DNA of 64,000 nucleotides. Source: Myxococcales bacterium (GTDB lineage: Bacteria > Myxococcota_A > Polyangia > Polyangiales > Polyangiaceae). Below the pieces are notes generated by a model. It made no database searches. It was not told the origin of the DNA and worked only from the letters and a program-made list of their open reading frames with translations. Every line of letters starts with the position of its first letter. The first letter of the stretch is position 1. Below are positions 60,201 through 64,000 of this stretch, in pieces. Location of the stretch: the NCBI GenBank assembly GCA_043747615.1, contig JAYTOU010000038.1, positions 32,001 to 96,000 on the forward strand, written 5' to 3'. Both the position numbers and the translations under genes were made by a program.

Positions 60201-61404
60201 TCGAGCGCTCACGAAGCGCGGCACGCCGGAGATGCGGGCGCTCGCCGTTCTCGGCCTCGGCCTTCTGCACGACAAGAACTCCATCGCGCTCGTCGCCACC
60301 ACGGCACGCGGGCTAGATTCGGGAAACGTCGCGCGTGCGGCGGCGGCCTACGCCCTCGGCGAGCTCGCTGCCGAAGCCGAGGTGGCGACGCTTCTGTCGC
60401 TTGCCGCAGGAACCGACGCGCTACCCAGACAGCTCGCGCTCATCGCCTTGGCGCGGATGGGCGTCGCTCACGGGGGCAATCCGCCCGGCGGAAAAGCGGC
60501 GCTCGGGGCGATGGCCGATGCGGTCTTCGCTGGCGCCGAGCTGGAGAGCGCGCGGGCGCGAGCGACGGCCGAGGCACTCCAGAGAGCGGGAAGCGCGTCC
60601 CTCATCGTTCTCGCAAATCCGGGTGTTCACGCGGTGAGAGACACCCTGCCCGTTCCTGACGGCGGCGCGATCGAAGTAGAGCTCACCCTCGAGCAGCTCG
60701 TACCCCGCAGTTTTACGGAGAAGGAACGAGCCGCTGCGGTCGTGAAGTACGGCGACTACCTCGAGCGTGCGGCGCTGACCGCCCTTCAAATTTCGACCGA
60801 TCGTGCGCGCGCGGTTCTCGACGCCGTCGGAACGGGGGACGGCGCGCTCCGCCCGTTCGTAGGGTCGGAGGCGACGGCGATTTCGGCGCAAGCACAGACG
60901 CGGGCAAAGGCGCTCGCCCACACGCTCGAGCCAGCGGTCGTCACCCACGTGAGAAGCCCGGATCCGGCGCTACGTATGAAGGCCATCGTTCTCCTCGCGC
61001 ATTCACCGAGCGACGCCGCAACGAGCGCGGTGATGAGCGCCCTCGACGACACGAACGAAACGGTGCAGCGCGTGGCCCTCGCAGCGATCGGATCGCAAGG
61101 AGACCCGCGCGCGGTGACCGCGGTCTCGAGGCTCGTGCATACGCACCCGAACTGGGCGATGCGCGTCCTCGCCGTCGAGGCTCTCGGCAGGATGGGAAGC
61201 GCGGGGAACGGCGTCGAGGCAGGCAAGCAGCTTCGGGCGGCGGCGGTGAACGACACCTATGCGCTCGTCCGTGAGGCGGCGCTGAAATCGCTCTCGTCGT
61301 TCGATGTGCGCGGCGCCCAGCAGCTCGGCCTGCAGATGTCGAAGAGCGATCCCGAGCCCAGGGTTCGGGAGACCGCGCGGATCATCGCGGCCGGTGGGCG
61401 CTGA
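57283..61404 (+). CDS. Large exported TPR + HEAT repeat protein
   Basis: Signal peptide, Pro/His linker, many TPRs, then HEAT/PBS-like repeats (ALDDTNETVQRVA, DPEPRVR). Confidence 0.85.
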   Translation: MRFRRALTLLTLAITLTPAFSVSAQPDFDPRGRHKPPPAPHPPTHPQPHGPQSPAAPTKPVNSATPDGASAGVLIERYTRVVLSQPGSPFPLQRLAQLYRDKDGNLGGLVTDFEQRAAQPGPDQYPSTVTLAGIYKIDGRQEDAVKTYEKAIALKASDPTALMALARVLQDRGDAAPARARYEQALLLQTVASDKEQTLRTLMALALDGKDWAGAKGFHVQLVKMQPTSLFVKGELGRELFARGEFERSEAEFKDLVNAAAGDNRALAPALKDLGRAQAKAHKNQEAVATLKRGLTAAGAEAAVRAEIYETITEIYRADQQLPILIKQIEDEHPTDFGRLALLGSLYEETGDALNALKTYQKALAINPRHIDLRLKMIRLLQGQGELDKAIAEYEGLIRSAPNNPAFVFEQCDALLQRGDRARALKLLNELEARASTDEEVLSRLADFYGRIGENDKSLQVLTRLAQVGANDPSHLVDLGDRYFQDNNVSLAVQTWKRILLTVTPRARALSALGEVYLEHEMTSEALLVLKEALSLDPQNLGYKKQLAGALERAKNYREARLLWQELADKSRKTNDKVMAREARTHMVTLWGLEHIIESQVAPLTVQFNGKPPDVEAGRTLAEVQLHLRKLSDAEATLRRVIGNAPGDADSYLALERVLVQEVKLLDAIAVLEKLVVVEPKRARELYQRMAQYALQLYRDDDAIRYAARAVELNPDDAEGHRRLGEMYRSRQDNEHAISEFRAALAKNDRNYMVYFELADLLLSKGETDEADRLFRRVIRGAPDEELVARASRLSMQINLGKGTLESLEQELLPLAIGNPQKTIYRRLLVEIYGNLTFGLVQKVRHAEGKDGEDARVALERIRSRAVKPLLDALADSDAGQQRIAIDVLGYVQNKNAGPALFAFAVGPAESQLRARAMVACGALRDPALLPKYGALLFPKGAQLEEGTPTDAVALAAVWGLARMADKRTTTDLRALTKRGTPEMRALAVLGLGLLHDKNSIALVATTARGLDSGNVARAAAAYALGELAAEAEVATLLSLAAGTDALPRQLALIALARMGVAHGGNPPGGKAALGAMADAVFAGAELESARARATAEALQRAGSASLIVLANPGVHAVRDTLPVPDGGAIEVELTLEQLVPRSFTEKERAAAVVKYGDYLERAALTALQISTDRARAVLDAVGTGDGALRPFVGSEATAISAQAQTRAKALAHTLEPAVVTHVRSPDPALRMKAIVLLAHSPSDAATSAVMSALDDTNETVQRVALAAIGSQGDPRAVTAVSRLVHTHPNWAMRVLAVEALGRMGSAGNGVEAGKQLRAAAVNDTYALVREAALKSLSSFDVRGAQQLGLQMSKSDPEPRVRETARIIAAGGR

Positions 61405-61406
61405 GC

Positions 61407-61919
61407 ATGCTTCGGTCGACCTTCGGAGCCGTCATGGGTCTCACGTGCGTCGGTCTCTTCGGCTGCCGAGACCTCGCCCACTTCTCGACCGGCGATGGAC
61501 ACTACGAGGGCACGGTCGTGTCCGCCAATTTCGTGCGCGCGGGGATCAGTGATGGCATGCGCCTGTGCGTGACCCTCGATGCCGACAAGCTGCAAGATGC
61601 GCCGGGCACGCTGTCATCGAGCGACGGTAAATTTTCGAACACCGTTCTGCGTCCCATCCCGCAAATCTGGCACGATCCGCTCTCCACGCTCACGTTCGGC
61701 GAGGGACGGGTAAAGAACCTCGTCTACATGGCGGCTCCGTCTCCCGACGCCGGCGATTCGTCCGACGTCACGGTGATCTTGTCCCTCCTCGCTTCGGGGG
61801 CCATCGAAGCGCGGCTCCTCCGGGGGGCGCCGACCACCAGCGACGTCGGTGTCGCCGCGTCGAACAATCTCTTCGGAGCTTTTACGCTCGTTCGCGCGCC
61901 GGGCGCTTGCCCCTTCTGA
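61407..61919 (+). CDS. Hypothetical lipoprotein
   Basis: LFG-C lipobox; tightly packed between the TPR protein and tsaD. Confidence 0.72.
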   Translation: MLRSTFGAVMGLTCVGLFGCRDLAHFSTGDGHYEGTVVSANFVRAGISDGMRLCVTLDADKLQDAPGTLSSSDGKFSNTVLRPIPQIWHDPLSTLTFGEGRVKNLVYMAAPSPDAGDSSDVTVILSLLASGAIEARLLRGAPTTSDVGVAASNNLFGAFTLVRAPGACPF

Positions 61920-61922
61920 GAG

Positions 61923-62990
61923 ATGCTCGTTCTCGGACTCGAAACCTCCTGTGATGAGACCGGTGCATCGGTCGTGCGCGTCACTGACTTCGTCGGCGAG
62001 GTCCTCTCCGACGTCATACAAAGCCAAGTCGAGCTCCACGCCACCTACGGAGGCGTCGTGCCCGAGCTCGCCTCACGCGATCATGCTCGCAACATCGGCC
62101 CGGTGATCCACGAAGCGCTCGCGCGCGCGGGAACGAAGCTGTCCGAGCTCGACGCCATCGCGGTGACCCATCGGCCCGGATTGGTCGGTGCGCTGCTCGT
62201 CGGCGTGCAGGTCGCAAAAGGCATGGCCTGGGGCGCGGGCGTTCCCATCGTCGGCGTCGACCATTTGATCGGGCACCTGCTTGCGATTTTTCTCCGCCGC
62301 GCTCCCGGCGAGGCCGCAGAGATCCCTGACTTCCCGTTCGTCGCGCTCCTCGCCTCCGGCGGGCACACCGCGATTTACCAGGTGAACGGGCCGCACGCTT
62401 CGGAGTGCGTCGAGCTTGGAGGCACGCGGGACGACGCCGCCGGCGAAGCCTTCGACAAGGTCGCGCGCCTGCTTGGTCTCGGCTACCCGGGCGGACCAGT
62501 GATTGATCGACTCGCCGCGAAGGGAGATCCGGCGCGCTTCGATTTCGCTTCGCCGATGGCGAACAGGAGCTCGTTCGAGTTCAGCTTTTCCGGACTGAAG
62601 ACTCAGGTCGCCCAGCATGTGGCGCGCCATGGAATTCCCTCCGACGATGGTGAGCTCGCGTCCCTCTGCGCATCGTTCCAACGTGCGGTCACCGAGGTGT
62701 TGGCCGCTAAGCTGGTGCGGGCCGCCAAAGCGAGCGGCGCAAAGAGCGTCGTCCTTGGTGGCGGGGTAGCTGCAAATCGCGAGCTCCGCGCGCGGGTAAC
62801 GGATCTGGCTGGAAAAAACGGGCTTCGTGCATTCCTGCCTACGCTCGCTAGCTGCACCGACAACGCGGCGATGATCGCGTACGCCGGAGCGATGCGCCTC
62901 CAGCGAGGCGAACGCGACGGTTGGGATCTTCTCGTCACCAGCCAGACTTCGCTACCGCGAACCACGCGGAAAGGCCGTGGCGATCGCTAG
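61923..62990 (+). CDS. tsaD: tRNA N6-threonylcarbamoyltransferase TsaD
   Basis: GLETSCDET, GGVVPELASRDH, HLIGH, SGGHT, DDAAGEAFDK, CTDNAAMI. Confidence 0.97.
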   Translation: MLVLGLETSCDETGASVVRVTDFVGEVLSDVIQSQVELHATYGGVVPELASRDHARNIGPVIHEALARAGTKLSELDAIAVTHRPGLVGALLVGVQVAKGMAWGAGVPIVGVDHLIGHLLAIFLRRAPGEAAEIPDFPFVALLASGGHTAIYQVNGPHASECVELGGTRDDAAGEAFDKVARLLGLGYPGGPVIDRLAAKGDPARFDFASPMANRSSFEFSFSGLKTQVAQHVARHGIPSDDGELASLCASFQRAVTEVLAAKLVRAAKASGAKSVVLGGGVAANRELRARVTDLAGKNGLRAFLPTLASCTDNAAMIAYAGAMRLQRGERDGWDLLVTSQTSLPRTTRKGRGDR

Positions 62991-63268
62991 CACGAAGACC
63001 AGTCGAGCGCCTCGCAGGGAAACTGCGTCCACGTGAGCGCTGAGCGGGTGGGCGTCGAAGCCGACGTCCGTGAGCACGTAGAAGAGGAGCGAATTCTGCT
63101 CCAAGCAGTAACCGCCGCGGCGGTCGTGAATGAGCTTTCGCTCAAGGCGCTCGGTTCGAGCTCGATCGATCGGCCGAGGAGAACGTCGAGGTTCTCGAAC
63201 GGAATGGTCTGGACATGTGCGCGCACGATGGCGTTGAGCACGTCGAGGGTGGGGGTGCGCTGTCCAGA
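62987..63268 (-). pseudogene. Arylamine N-acetyltransferase remnant
   Basis: SGQRTPTLDVL..HVQTIPFENLD, then a 1-nt frameshift near 63145 to ERKLIHDRRGGYCLEQN. No start codon; most of the protein is missing. Confidence 0.85.
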
Positions 63269-63274
63269 GGCTCG

Positions 63275-64000
63275 TCAGTGCTTGACGTGCCCGTGGCGCT
63301 TCTTCGGAGCAGAGGCCACATCGGCATGCTCCTTGGTGTGCGTGGGCGCATCGATTTTTTCTGCGAGAGCACCGGTTGGCGCGAGCACCATCTCGAGTGT
63401 GTCGCCCTTCGCGCGCACTTGATAATTCGGCACGCCGTCCTTGAAGGTCACCGAGAGCTCCGCACCGCTCCCGTCGTTGGTGACCTTGATGGAGCCGATT
63501 CGTCCGTCGCGCGCAGCGAGCGGGCCTGCCGCTTCGAGCGAGCGCCGATTGGGAAGCATCACCGTGAACCCGGTGGGCTGTGAGGCTCCTTCGATCTTCT
63601 CGATCATGCCGTCCATCTTGAGACGCAGAACGTTGCCGTGAGAGACCGCGGCGTTACCGAAGGGAGTGACGTGCATTGCCTTCTTGTGACCGTGCTTGTC
63701 GGTGACCGGCTCGTCGTTCATGACGATCGGACCATCGGAGATGATCGCGGGGGGAACGGCGAGCGGTGCACCACCCGCGAGCGTCGCACCCATCGGCGCG
63801 AACGGATCGGGAGCGGCGGGGGGGGGGGGCGCGGCGGCAGCGGGCGCGGCTTGCTCGGCAGGAGCGGCAGCGACGGGCGGCGGTGCGGGCTTTCGCATGG
63901 CGACGGCGAGGAGGAGGAGAGCGATTCCCGCTGCGCTGCCGATGGCGATGCCGCGTTTGTTCACCGGAAATTTTCCTGCTTTCGTGGCCTCGTCGGCTTC
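63275..64000 (-). CDS. Membrane-anchored hypothetical protein, C-terminal part (AMIN-like periplasmic domain possible)
   Basis: Frame open to the window edge; TM helix, Pro/Ala linker, beta-rich C-terminal domain. Confidence 0.65.
   Translation of the reverse strand, partial: EADEATKAGKFPVNKRGIAIGSAAGIALLLLAVAMRKPAPPPVAAAPAEQAAPAAAAPPPPAAPDPFAPMGATLAGGAPLAVPPAIISDGPIVMNDEPVTDKHGHKKAMHVTPFGNAAVSHGNVLRLKMDGMIEKIEGASQPTGFTVMLPNRRSLEAAGPLAARDGRIGSIKVTNDGSGAELSVTFKDGVPNYQVRAKGDTLEMVLAPTGALAEKIDAPTHTKEHADVASAPKKRHGHVKH

Overview
GC-rich (roughly 65% by eye) bacterial chromosome segment, very likely a myxobacterium of the Polyangiales type. The basis is a MYXO-CTERM sorting tail, several Hanks-type Ser/Thr kinases, Cys-rich lipoproteins and a myxobacterial-type PilZ protein. 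It holds about 50 genes, mostly housekeeping (rpoZ, yggS, gcvP, ada/alkA-ogt, glpD, RNase E/G, sodB, RNase J, cyclophilin, sppA, tsaD). There are two tRNA-Ser genes and a compact SRP RNA that the ORF track does not show. Highlights: (1) a 12-kb alpha-glucan locus (39790-51973) with four lipoprotein GH13 enzymes, a MYXO-CTERM-anchored GH15 and a LamB-like porin, i.e. a Sus-like surface system built on a porin; (2) an intact, full-length nicotinate phosphoribosyltransferase homologue in which every active-site motif appears substituted, downstream of NrtR and a perfect GT-N7-AC operator; (3) a 1.5-kb degenerate islet integrated at tRNA-Ser(GCT), with 29-bp att repeats, an integrase remnant whose frame runs through the att site (Mx8-like) and a pseudokinase cargo; (4) an RNase E/G with a ~310-aa charge-segregated insertion in the S1 domain; (5) MocR and arylamine N-acetyltransferase pseudogenes that appear to have arisen by internal deletion. 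All calls come from motif recognition by eye; no searches were run.
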